Positions 1 through 10,650 of a stretch of DNA of 64,000 nucleotides are shown here, in pieces. Each line of letters opens with the position of its first letter. Within the stretch, counting starts at the first letter, position 1. Below the pieces are notes generated by a model that saw only the letters and a program-made list of their open reading frames with translations, did not search any database and had not been told where the DNA came from. The stretch is from Lophium mytilinum (lineage: Eukaryota), in the NCBI GenBank assembly GCA_010093605.1, contig MU004185.1, positions 1,075,334 through 1,139,333 on the forward strand, given 5' to 3'. Position numbers and translations under genes: made by a program.

Positions 1-3000
1 ATGGTGCGGAGCTCGAAGTTGGAGAACAGAGAAAGGAGAATAAAATGAGTATGCAAAGGATGCCGTGCGCACAGGATGTATCGCGCCTCGAAGCTTGGTA
101 AATGGCCCGACTTTGGTTTATCTTCTGAGACATGAGAGCTCTGTAGCAACAGTTGTAAGCTTTCTTTCTCATGGGAAAGCAGAATTGAAGGAAAACCAGT
201 TTTAAATGGGCAGATGGCAGCTGCATGGCTGCACTGTCAAAGCAAGGCCAAAATCCGGGCATGGCTCTGGAGGTGGGATTTTGTGTTCAAATAGGATCTT
301 GCAAGAAAATTATGTGGAGGTAGAGGTGAGATCAACAACCTCAGCTGAAGAATACGATGGTGCGAGCAGTGTGCAGCATCGTAAACAAAAAGGAGTGGTT
401 CATTATGTGAGCTGTAACGCGCAGACTCGTGCGGACTCATGGAAGCTTTCTGGGGAGAAAAGCCAAGAGTTTGATATCTGTTATGGTATTCTTCCTCGGG
501 GGAACCTCTTCGGTTGGCGTGTCAAAAACCTCTACGTCTTTGCCGAATGGGTGCGTTGTCAAATATGAGATGGAAGTCTAGAATGGATCTGTGGTCTGGT
601 TGGCGTGTTCAACACAAAGATGGGAAACGTGATATGTAGAGCTGGGGGAATGAAGTCTGGTGCCGAGAGCAAAGCATGGTGGAGAGGGAGGAAGAAGAGG
701 AGCAAATGTGATTGGCAACGACTTGTTTCGTGAGTGCTTAGGGGAGCAAAGAACACGAGAGCTATCACACGCCAAAGCTCGCTGACTCGCCCGATATGTA
801 CCTATCTTCTTAGATATGAAAGATCTTCGTCGGTGGCTGGACTTCTCTTTTCATGGGAAGAAGAGAGGCTGGATGGGTGGCATCAAAATAGCTCGAATAC
901 GAACATGATGGGGAGAACTTCGAAACCAACATGCTCAAGCTAAAGATGCATGGCTCTGATCTCAGTCGTGGTCTTCAAACAAAATTGCGTTGACGTCGAA
1001 TGTGGAGAGAAGGGGGAGGATCAACAAACACTAAGTTATAGGGAAATAATGGTGGAGTGGTGATGACATCTACATTAACTACGGAGCTGAAGAGGCAGTA
1101 CGTGAGAAGTCACGAGCTGATGGTTGCTTACTCACCTAACTTCCGTTCATCTTCTGAGTACAAAAGCTCTTACACCGCAGCTGGACTTCTGTCTTCAGTG
1201 CCAAAGAGGGAAGTGGGAGTTCGAAAAGATGTGACGAAGTCAGTCCATGGGAGGGGCTTTAAAACCACTCCCACGGAGAATACGATGGCTTGGTTGCTGT
1301 GTTCAAAGACCATATGGACACGACCTGATGCGGAGGGGAAGAGCGGAGAATCAACAACATTCACCATGACAGATTTATGGGCCGAAGACTATGACAGGAA
1401 CCTTTAGCGGCCATGGCGAGCTATATCATGGTTGAGAAAAAGCAGAGAATCATGGGAGCCGGGATCTTTGAAGGACTATTCTAGGGTACGTAGGGCATCG
1501 AGTCTGCTTACTTACTCTCCAATTCTCCATCCTCCAAGGTATAAAAGCTTCAAACTGCTCTCCGCTCCCTGAACCCTCTCTTCCTTCATGGGAAGAGACA
1601 ATGAAGGATAGAAAATTCTCTTCACCGCCTCCATGGATCTTGCTTAGACAGTGTCCGCAAGCATGCCATGGCTCTGTGTGGTGTATCAACAAGTCTTGGG
1701 GGGCGGAGACATGGCGCGGCGAAAATCGAGACGAGTGTAAGTGGTGATGACGAGCGGCAAGATACACAACAGCAGAGAAGTGTGAGGTTAGTAACTGAAG
1801 CACGTGAAGTATCACGCGTCTGCTTACTCATCTTCCCTTTTCCTTTCCCCCGGCGGTATAAAAGCTGCCTCGCCTACATCCTAGACTTCTTTCTTTCCTC
1901 ATGGGAATGGGGAAAGGGTTTCGAATGGATATGAGGTCATGATTGATGTGGCCTGTGGAAAATTCGAACCGTACCAAACAATGGCTCTGGCTCGGTCGCT
2001 CGGTTCAAAACACTATACTTCGTCGTTCATGTGGTGGTGGAGGAAGGGTTCAAAACCGGCTTAGCCACCACGCCATGGTGCGGCAGAGGAGGAGGTTCAC
2101 AAGCACCAGCCAAATTCTCGATGGATTTGGCTAAACTGATCATCTCGACCTTGCTATGGTCCTGGTCTGGTCGGTGTGTTCAAAAATATATGCTTCTATC
2201 CACCATGTGGAAGAGAGGGATCAACACTTCGATCAACACGGAAGCATGATTGAAGACTGCGGGTGGGAGCGGAGAAGTTCAATCAAAAGAGCAAGATTGC
2301 GATGTGGGGAGGCGGAGGCATCAACAACATCGCCGCAGATCCCAAATGGTGGACTTGTCGAAGTGGGAGGGAGATTGTTCTGTGGTGATGGCGAACATCC
2401 TTCTACCAGATCAGTGAGAACCGCCTTTTCAGTCCCATGAGACTTATCATATACCTGTAGGTCTAGAGTAGTGTTTGTAGATGGGGATGCTTAGCATCAT
2501 CGTGGATTGCTGCGGAGAGAGGCCCGCGGTCCTCCGACTTCCATTCCAGGGTTTTTTCGAACTCGTTGTGATAGAGTTTGTCCAGCAGCGGCTCGGTGAT
2601 GGTCAAGTATTGTATTGTTTGATGAGTGAGGGAGGAAGTTAGCTACAACGGAAGAATAGATATACGGTATCGGGCTGAGTAAGCTAATAGGCAGGAACAG
2701 GCGCCACATCGTTGATCCAGTCTCCCTCCCACGCGAAGGTTTCCAGCGAAGTTTGATCTAGTCCTCCTCTCATCGCATTCGATCCATTCGACTGTTAGAT
2801 CCCTCCGTCAAACTCTCCTCTCCTGATGGAAGAGAGAGCCACGCCTTGAGTGAGAAGATATACACCCCTGGATTGGTGGGTCATGTGAATAGTAAACTTG
2901 CACGGGGTTCGCAGCAGGGGCGGGGGGCGTGGGGGGGTGGTTACACAGAAAGGAGGATCTCGCTAGCATCAAAACGTCTCATGATCGATCAATAATACAT

Positions 3001-3149
3001 TAATTCCCTTGTGAGATACATGCTAAGGTACTTTACTTTTCCACAGGAAAGGTTGAACCAAGTCTCTAACGCCTTGAACCAACTCCATACGCCAAACAAA
3101 TAGCAAACCTCCACTTACCAAACGATTACCCCTTCTCGACCCCCGCAAA

Positions 3150-4796
3150 CTAAGTCATCATCTTCGCCATCGCCTCCGACAGCACCCCCAAATGCCTCTC
3201 CCCCCTAAACACCCCCTTCGGCATCTTCTCCTTCCCCAACCCCATCAACTCCGCCACGGCCATCTGCGCACCCCTCACACTATACTCCACCGTAAACACC
3301 GTATCCTCCTCAATCTCCACAAACTGGCCCACACACCCCAAATTCGTGCTCTCCTCCGGCACCACCTTCGGCCGATCCCCGGCCTCCCGTGTCAAAAACT
3401 GGCTCGTGATATACGGCATCACACACGGCTTGACAATCGCCTGCTCCAAGATCGGATGCAGCGGGAAATGCAGATGCCCAAGTAGCTCTGTGAGGATCTC
3501 GAGCCCGGTACACTCGCTCATCTTCTTAGGGACGTAGTTGCCGAGCGCGGTGGGGAAGAGGCCGTAACCCCACAGCACGAAGGTGTCGCGTGGCTGGTCG
3601 AGGAAGTGGGGCTGGTGCGGGACGACGATGGAGAGCAGCCAGTTGCTGTCTTTGAACGTCATGAGCGCGCCGGTGCCGGGCTCGTTGTGCGTGAGGCCGG
3701 TGATGCGGGTGAGGAGTTCGGGGTTGGAGAGGGTGATGGTGAAGGATTCCCAGAGGGATTCGTTGATGCGCGTGCTGAAGACGGAGGGGTTGCCAAGGGA
3801 GGGGTTCTTTGCGGCGAGTTTTGTCCAGAGCTCCCAGGAGCCGTCTTGGAGCTCGTCTTCGAGGATGGGGTCGGGGGCGGCGTTGTTGGTGCCAATGGAG
3901 GCGTTGGAGGTCATGCTGCCGAGGGTCACGATGACGATGTCGGCGGGGTCGAGCTGTGCGGTCATGGGCGTGCCGTTGGAGAGCATGTGGATTTCGTCGA
4001 CGGTGGTGGGGATGCCGGTGATGAAGTCGATGTCGGTGACCTTTGTGTTGAAGCGGAAGTCAACACCTTGCGTTTTTAGATACTTGATGATAGGCTTGAT
4101 AATGCTATCGTATTGGTTGTACGGCGTTCGATCTACACCAGCGAGGGTGTTGATGCGTGGGAATTCGTGTAAGAAGCGGTGGAGGTAGCGGCGGAACTCG
4201 ACGGCGCTGTGCCAGGGCTGGAAGGCGAACATGGTTGCCCACATGTACCAGAACTTTGTGGTGAAGAAGGCTTGTGGGAAGCACTCGTCGATGCGTTTCT
4301 TGCCTAGGCTAGCCTCGCTTTCAAGCGTGATTCTGATCATGTCGAGGCGCTCGGTGGGACTTAGCCCCATTCTCCGGGTGTCAACGATTTCGACCTCGTC
4401 TTTACCACTAGCGAGGAGGCGGGCCTTGGAGTTGGTTTTGTTCTCTGGCACGGCGTTGAAGTCTTTGATTTCTTGGAGTAATGTCTTCTCTGGGTTCGTG
4501 AGAGAGGGGATGCGACTCAATAGCTCGTATGTGCAGAGATAGCTGAAGTTGAGCATTCGCCCACCACGGAGGACATAGCCCTCCTTGGCATTGCCGGATC
4601 CGTCCATTGATCCACCAAAGACGGGGAGTGACTCGAGGATGTGGATATTTTTAGGAGGCACCTTGGCATCCTGGATCAAATGAACGGCAGCAGCTAGCGA
4701 TCCAATGCCACCGCCGACGAGGTATGCCTGAGTCTCCTCTGGGTTACGATGGGATTGCTCCCCAGCCTGGCGACCCTTTTTGAAGAAGTGCGGCAT
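3150..4796 (-). CDS. Oleate hydratase (myosin-cross-reactive antigen family, FAD-dependent), intronless
   Basis: 548-aa ORF with N-terminal FAD motif YLVGGGIGSLAAA, GGSMDG, the RGGRM motif, WATMFAFQPWHSA and C-terminal GQFVE...VFTVEYSVR, all typical of OhyA/MCRA proteins. Confidence 0.93.
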   Translation of the reverse strand: MPHFFKKGRQAGEQSHRNPEETQAYLVGGGIGSLAAAVHLIQDAKVPPKNIHILESLPVFGGSMDGSGNAKEGYVLRGGRMLNFSYLCTYELLSRIPSLTNPEKTLLQEIKDFNAVPENKTNSKARLLASGKDEVEIVDTRRMGLSPTERLDMIRITLESEASLGKKRIDECFPQAFFTTKFWYMWATMFAFQPWHSAVEFRRYLHRFLHEFPRINTLAGVDRTPYNQYDSIIKPIIKYLKTQGVDFRFNTKVTDIDFITGIPTTVDEIHMLSNGTPMTAQLDPADIVIVTLGSMTSNASIGTNNAAPDPILEDELQDGSWELWTKLAAKNPSLGNPSVFSTRINESLWESFTITLSNPELLTRITGLTHNEPGTGALMTFKDSNWLLSIVVPHQPHFLDQPRDTFVLWGYGLFPTALGNYVPKKMSECTGLEILTELLGHLHFPLHPILEQAIVKPCVMPYITSQFLTREAGDRPKVVPEESTNLGCVGQFVEIEEDTVFTVEYSVRGAQMAVAELMGLGKEKMPKGVFRGERHLGVLSEAMAKMMT

Positions 4797-5070
4797 TTTG
4801 ATGTTGTATTTTTGGTTTTATTTTGATGACTGATATTCTGAAACTGAGTGTGATAGAAATTCGACTTACTACAACTGAAGGGTACAGCAGCTATATACCT
4901 ACCTGTACTGTCATCGGAGCACTCATACGACAAGTACACGGCCTCATGCAGGATTTGAGCTGGTCATGCCATCACCATTCTATCTAGAAACTTCCCAATG
5001 GGCAAGGCACATCGTGATGCGGACCACCATGAAAGCGGAGTCGGTAGGAACGGTGTGTCACATGTGGGCG

Positions 5071-5469
5071 CCGAGGGCCAGTAGAACGATCACATCAGAT
5101 CGTATTGAGTACGTCAGCGGCCTCGGCAAGCCTTTGAGGGTTGTTTTTGGTCAGGCCATTCCTAGGTATTGAGCTCGATGGGTTTTGACTGGGTGAGGAG
5201 AATGTGCTCTTGAATAGCACTCAGGGAGATGATCTGAAACCTAGCCTTTGATGAACTGCGTGTGATCAAACACCTTCGAGCAGAACCGACGAATGTCCGT
5301 TGCCGAGACGGCGGGACTTCTTATGGAAGCTGTCAGAAGAAAGGGTTGAGATCTCGTGAGATGGTGGCGTTCCGAACCGAGGACAAACTACTGTATTCTT
5401 CTACTAACGCCATCCGGTCATCAATCGGTCGTGTCACGATGAAAACCGAAAAGATGCTTGCATCCGAGG
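5071..5469. promoter_or_regulatory. Cluster of FarA/FarB-type CCTCGG/CCGAGG sites upstream of oleate hydratase
   Basis: CCGAGG at 5071, 5377 and 5464 and CCTCGG at 5121, all within ~670 bp of the ATG at 4796. Confidence 0.5.
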
Positions 5470-5808
5470 CTTCATCAATTGGAGTGAGAAGAGGGATCAT
5501 GTGAAGGCCGAATGTACGATAGAAAAGGTCAGGCAACTTAGTGCGAAGCAGAAATGTCCACAACCGCTGTTCTCCATACCTTTGAAAATCGTCAAATGGT
5601 GTATCATTCCTAAACTCTACCAAGCAAAAGATTTTGGGACAATGCCCTTCCATGCCGAACCGTCTAAAAAGCCAACTCTTCCGCCTGTGAAACGCCGTGT
5701 GCTACGCATATATGCATAAGTCCTAGTAGGCCCTCTACATCCGACAGACATGCCATCGTAAAGACCCTCAAAAAAGTGATCAAACATTTCGCCGATGGCA
5801 CTTCTGCT

Positions 5809-7174
5809 CTATGCGGAGTCGCCATTCACGCCATTCTTAACGATACCGCCAACCACAGCCTTCTCCAGCGCCTGCAACACATCCGTCCTCAGGTCGTCCT
5901 TGTCTTCAATTCCGCAACTGACTCGGACGAGATCGTCGAACACACCTGCAGCCTCGCGTTGCTCGCGCGGAATGCCTCCATGCGTCATCGCGCTCGGCAC
6001 CTCGACAAGACTCTCCACGCCGCCTAAGCTCTCAGCCAGCGTGAAGATCTTGGTGTGCTGGCAGAACCGCTCCGCAGCTTCGTGACCGCCACGGATGCGG
6101 AAGCTGAGCATACCACCGCCCATACCATCCCTGTGCTGTTTCAGTGCAATAGCGCGGTGCCTATGAGACGCAAGACCTGGGTAATTGACCGCCAGAACAT
6201 GCGGCGAGGCTTCCAGCGCCAGTGCCACAGCCGTAGCATTCGTAGTGGCCTCGCGGGCACGAAGATGCAGCGTCTTGAGCCCACGATGCGCGAGCCACGC
6301 ATCGAACGCAGATGGGACGGCACCAATCGCGTTCTGCAAGAACGACAGCTTTTCAAACAGCTCGGGCGAGTTGAAGGCCGCAACGCCCATGACAACGTCC
6401 GAGTGCCCGTTTATGTATTTTGTGACCGAGTGCACGACGATGTCCGCGCCGTGGTCTAGCGGGTTCTGCACGTATGGCGAGAGGAATGTGTTGTCTACCA
6501 CCACGAGTATACCATGCTGGTGGGCGACGCTGGCGACGGCGCGGATGTCGACGAGGGAGAGGGTGGGGTTGGAGGGGGTTTCGATCCATATGAGTTTTGT
6601 GGTGGGGCGGATGAGCTCTGCGATGTCGAGTTCGAGCGAGGGGGAGAAGGTGACTTGCACGCCGTGCGCGAGGGCGACTTTGGTGAAGTAGCGGTGCGTG
6701 CCGCCGTACACGTCTGAGACGGACACGACATGGGAGCCGCCGGCGAGGGATTGAAGGATGTTGGCGGTGGCTGCGGAGCCAGAGGAGAAGGCGAGGGCGT
6801 AGCGGGCGTGCTCGAGAGCGGCGACAGCTTTTTCAAAGTTGTCGCTATATGAATGTTAGCCTTCTGCTTCTCGTGGAGAAGAATTGAGGCTTGAGGATTG
6901 GTATGCGCCTACCGATTCGGATTCGAGCTCCTGCTGTACTCGTATTGTCCCACTGGTTTTCCGACTGCGGTTTGCGCAAAGGTGGTGGAGAGCGATATCT
7001 GGAATTGCGTCAGCATTTATCTTCCTTTGACCAAAATTGTAAACCTACAGCTTCAATCACTGCTCCCGTCACCGGATCATGAGGCGATCCGGCATGTACA
7101 GCCAATGTGCCAAATCCATGGACTGGAGATGCTGGCCGCGGGGGCGTGTCGATGGGGTGCTCTGGGTGCGTCAT
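5809..7174 (-). CDS. CYS3: Cystathionine gamma-lyase (PLP-dependent), 2 introns
   Basis: ATG at 7174 (MTHPEHPIDTPPRPASPVHGFGTLAVHAG), exon 2 ISLSTTF...YEYSRSSNPN, then WIETPSNP, DNTF, the PLP lysine motif HSVTKYINGHSDV and LAESLGGVESL. Both introns are GT-AG with CTGAC/CTAAC branch sites. Confidence 0.95.
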
Positions 7175-7379
7175 CTTTTCCAAGACGGAATGTGTAGATT
7201 TATAAAGTGAGTAGAGAACAGAGAGACCTTCAGCAGTCTGATCTATGGGGAGGCGAGGGCGTAAAAGGTATTGACCGGGACGGAGCTGCGTTTGTGTTCC
7301 TTAGAAATTCGTCCAGGCACAGCGACAATTAAATTGGGCAGTCACGGACAAAGACGGTCTTATATTGTTAAGGAGAGCG

Positions 7380-7611
7380 ATGGCGCAATCGATTATGGCA
7401 CAATCAGCGGCGGGAAAGTGAGTTCAGAACAACAGGAGTCATCTTCACGCCCTTTATACGGTCTTTGGGTTAGGATTAGGGTTGGCGATATGGAATATGT
7501 CATGCCGTAAACACTGAATGATTAATGCCGTGGTTGGCTCTGGAAGGTGTTTCCAAGCGTGGCGATCTGTAAGCATCCGAGCTGCTTGCCCGTGAGTGTC
7601 GATGGTGTCAT
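7380..7611. promoter_or_regulatory. Candidate CYS-3/MetR bZIP sulfur-regulator sites upstream of cystathionine gamma-lyase
   Basis: ATGGTGTCAT at 7602-7611 fits ATGRYRYCAT. The variants ATGGCGCAAT (7380) and ATGGCACAAT (7395) lie ~210 bp upstream of the ATG. Confidence 0.5.
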
Positions 7612-8182
7612 CGCAGCCCAGCTCCGCTTTTAGCCGAATATCTCTTGGCGAGGCTTACGATTTGGAAACATCTGTGCTACTTCGACCGTAGCTGTTGAGT
7701 AATAGTCGTATGATTCCAGAGTCTTGTGTGGTCCTAGTCCATCGGCTTCACGTAAAAGCCAGACACCAACCCCGCAAAGTCCGAATAAGGCAGGAGTGTA
7801 TATTGATATTATGATATTATGAGCAACTACGCTCTCCTACCCTCGTATATCTTTTCCCTAGAGAGGCGACTATACCGAGTTATCTCGCTTAGAGACAATA
7901 ATCCAGCGCCACATCTAAATCATGAACCAACCAGCTTCCTGCGCCATAAACCGTCAAACCCCAAAGGAGGAGGCACTGTGCCGTCGAGACTTCAAATAAC
8001 AGAACATGCTCAAAGACCGCAGAGAACAAAAACTCCTTCCATGACACGCAAGATGATGCCTCGTTGCCCGGCAAACGCTTCAATCCAGCCCATAAATCCC
8101 CAAAAACGTCGCTCCTGGTATCAAGATTCGTGTCCTATCCTTTATGCATTTCGTGACCCCTTGTATGTGTAGGTGAAGTTGT

Positions 8183-9595
8183 TCAGACCCTCACAGGAGC
8201 GGCCGACCATCTCAGACGCCTCAGTCCCATCCCAGTGCCCCTCATTCCAGACGCAGCCTCTCGACCACAGCGGCCCGCGTCAGCGCCAACACTGCCCAGT
8301 TGCCCCACAGCCTCCGCGTGCCCGGCTTCACGACCGACGACGTAACCGGCTGAGAAGCTGATGGCACTGACAAGCACGACGACGCCCGCACTCACGACCC
8401 ACGTGAGGAGAGTCGGGCTGATTTCGTCCATCATTGGACCTGTCTTGCGGGCTTTCTTGACGGCGCGGCGGTCTTTACTGCTGCTTCGGGTGCCGGATGG
8501 CGGTGTAGCTTTACGTTTGTATTTATCGATGTTCGAGTCGCGACTGGGAGAAGATGCTGAGGATGATTGCGCCGATTTGGCCGGTTCTCCACCCATGGCC
8601 ACAGATTCGGAGACTAGGCGGAGTGAAGATGGATCAACCCGAGCACCACGGGCAATCCGATCTACAGATGGCTGGCCGGGCTTAGGTAGGCCGCGAACGG
8701 CCGCTGCAGCAGAGAGAAGGGTAGACAGGCTGGCGCGAAGAGCAGCGTCATGGTCCGCTTGGTGGGATGGCGAGATAACATTGTACGGAGTATGCTGGGG
8801 AGAGGAATAAGCATTGCGATGAGGAGTAGGCCGGGCGGGAGCCCTAGACTGCGAGAAGTAGGTAGTAGCAGCCTCGGGCCTAGTAGTTTGGGTGGTTGGT
8901 GGGTGCGAGAAGGCATTGGGCTGAGGGGTGAACCGTGATGCCCCCGTAGCCCGTGGATAGTTCACAGCCGTCGAGTTCTCATCGTCATCCTCATCCTCAT
9001 CATCTCCTTCCCGTTCTGAGAAGTCTGAGGACGTAGTCGAAAACACGGCCCGAGTGGAGCGGCGTACTTCCTGGTGCTGGTGGAGAGGCGAAGGACGGAT
9101 GGCCTCGTTCGACGAACTCATAACCCGGTCAGACTCGCTCTCGCTCTCGTCGTACTCCTCCTGGCTGCTTCCGCCGCCTGAAGCATGGTATACACCCCCC
9201 AGGCGCAGCGGGTTGGCGCCGTGGGACCGTCGACGCCAACGAGCATTCGAATCGTGGCGGACGCGGAGGCCAGTGGTAATGATCTCATCTGCGGCAGAAG
9301 ACAGGGAGGACGAGGAGGGCTGGGAAGTGACTTCTATCCAAGATTCTGAGGAGAGGGTTAGCGTGTGCTTTCGGGCCTAAAGGGGGTTTATCGAACGGCG
9401 AATAGGTTTATAAGCGCCGCAGTTTCGGCACATGTATTGACATTACAGTACAAGAGAGCACTCACCCTCTGATCTCTGACGGGGACCCAACGGGTGAGCA
9501 GCCTGTATAGACCTCAGCGTCTGGTTCGGAGGCGGGCCTTGCTCCGTCCCCGCGTCCCGCAACGGGCGCTGGTGGTTGGGGTCCTGGTTCTGCAT
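8183..9595 (-). CDS. Ser/acidic-rich protein with N-terminal WxxV motif and C-terminal transmembrane anchor (1 intron)
   Basis: ATG at 9595; intron GTGAGT...GCTAAC...CAG at ~9465-9346; spliced product MQNQD...RSEESWIEVTSQPSSSSLSS...; hydrophobic segment LLTWVVSAGVVVLVSAISFSAGYVVG. Confidence 0.8.
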
Positions 9596-10650
9596 GATAT
9601 AGTCCCCTTTCTCACTGCTCCCAGGTATAGACCCGTCGGCGCTCTCGAGCGATGAATAAAGGTAGTTGACGTCGCGTGGTGGAGGAGAGCAAGCGTTGTG
9701 TTTGCCCAGGAGTAGCGGATTGATGCCGTAATACGTGGTTGGGGACGATGTAGGCGGAGGCCGAAGTCGGTTCTTTGTCCCTCGCGTAGTAGAGAGAGAG
9801 TAGAGAGAGATGTAGTAGTTGCGCAGACGCTGAAACGGCAGAGCAGAGTGCGTACAGATGGTACAGCGTGCTCGGCGTGAGACTTGCGGTCAGCCGTGCC
9901 AGTGCCTGCGTGGCTTCGGCGCTGGTCGAGGGAGGCTGCGCTGAGAGGTCGTCTCGTCCCGCACCCAGATTGTCGATACCAGACCTGCCTTAACACGGCC
10001 TAGGCGTGATGCTGGCGCGCAATGACGTGGAGCATGCTGGCATCGCACCAACTTAGTATCTTCATGTGAAGCGGACGTAACTATATTCATCTTCATCAGA
10101 GTCTTCAACTTCATGTCCGCCTTCATATTCGCCTACTTCGACACCCCCCACACCCTGGAAGACACGGCTGGCTGGTCGGCTGGCTCGCATTCGGCAGATT
10201 CACTGCTGCACAAGGTCACATTGGCCCTGCAGTATCTCCACGTGCACCCCGGCATCCCCCATGATCTGCCTCACCTCGCGCCCAATTAAGCCAGTTATTG
10301 GGTCCTCGAGGGCGACGCGTGCCTTGTCTCGGACGCCATCTACCAAAGTACCTCTAGGCGCGAGCGTATGATGCTTAGCATTCTGCACAGCCGCGTAAAT
10401 AGGCACCACTTCTATAAGAGTATAACCGGAGCATCCAACTGCGAAATGCGAATGAAGCCACCAATCGAGAACAAACGCTGAAACTTGTTGAAAGCGAATA
10501 TCACGTGACTTTAACGCTCTATCAAACTCCCTGTACCAAGCTCGCCTTCCATCAGGCCATGCCACTTCAAATCCATACCTACCCGTTATATGCATAATGA
10601 TTGCCTTTCTGCGGGCTTTGTTCAATATTGCACATCTACTTGATGCTATG

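Noticed and set aside
1..2900. Possible decayed minus-strand gene (splice-like signals near 1130 and 1790, short ORFs)
   Set aside because: No frame gives a recognisable domain, so no call can be supported.
2915..2941. G-run cluster that could form a G-quadruplex
   Set aside because: A single low-complexity tract with no evidence of function.
10200..10625. 141-aa ORF downstream of the HET gene
   Set aside because: Non-ATG start and no recognisable motif.
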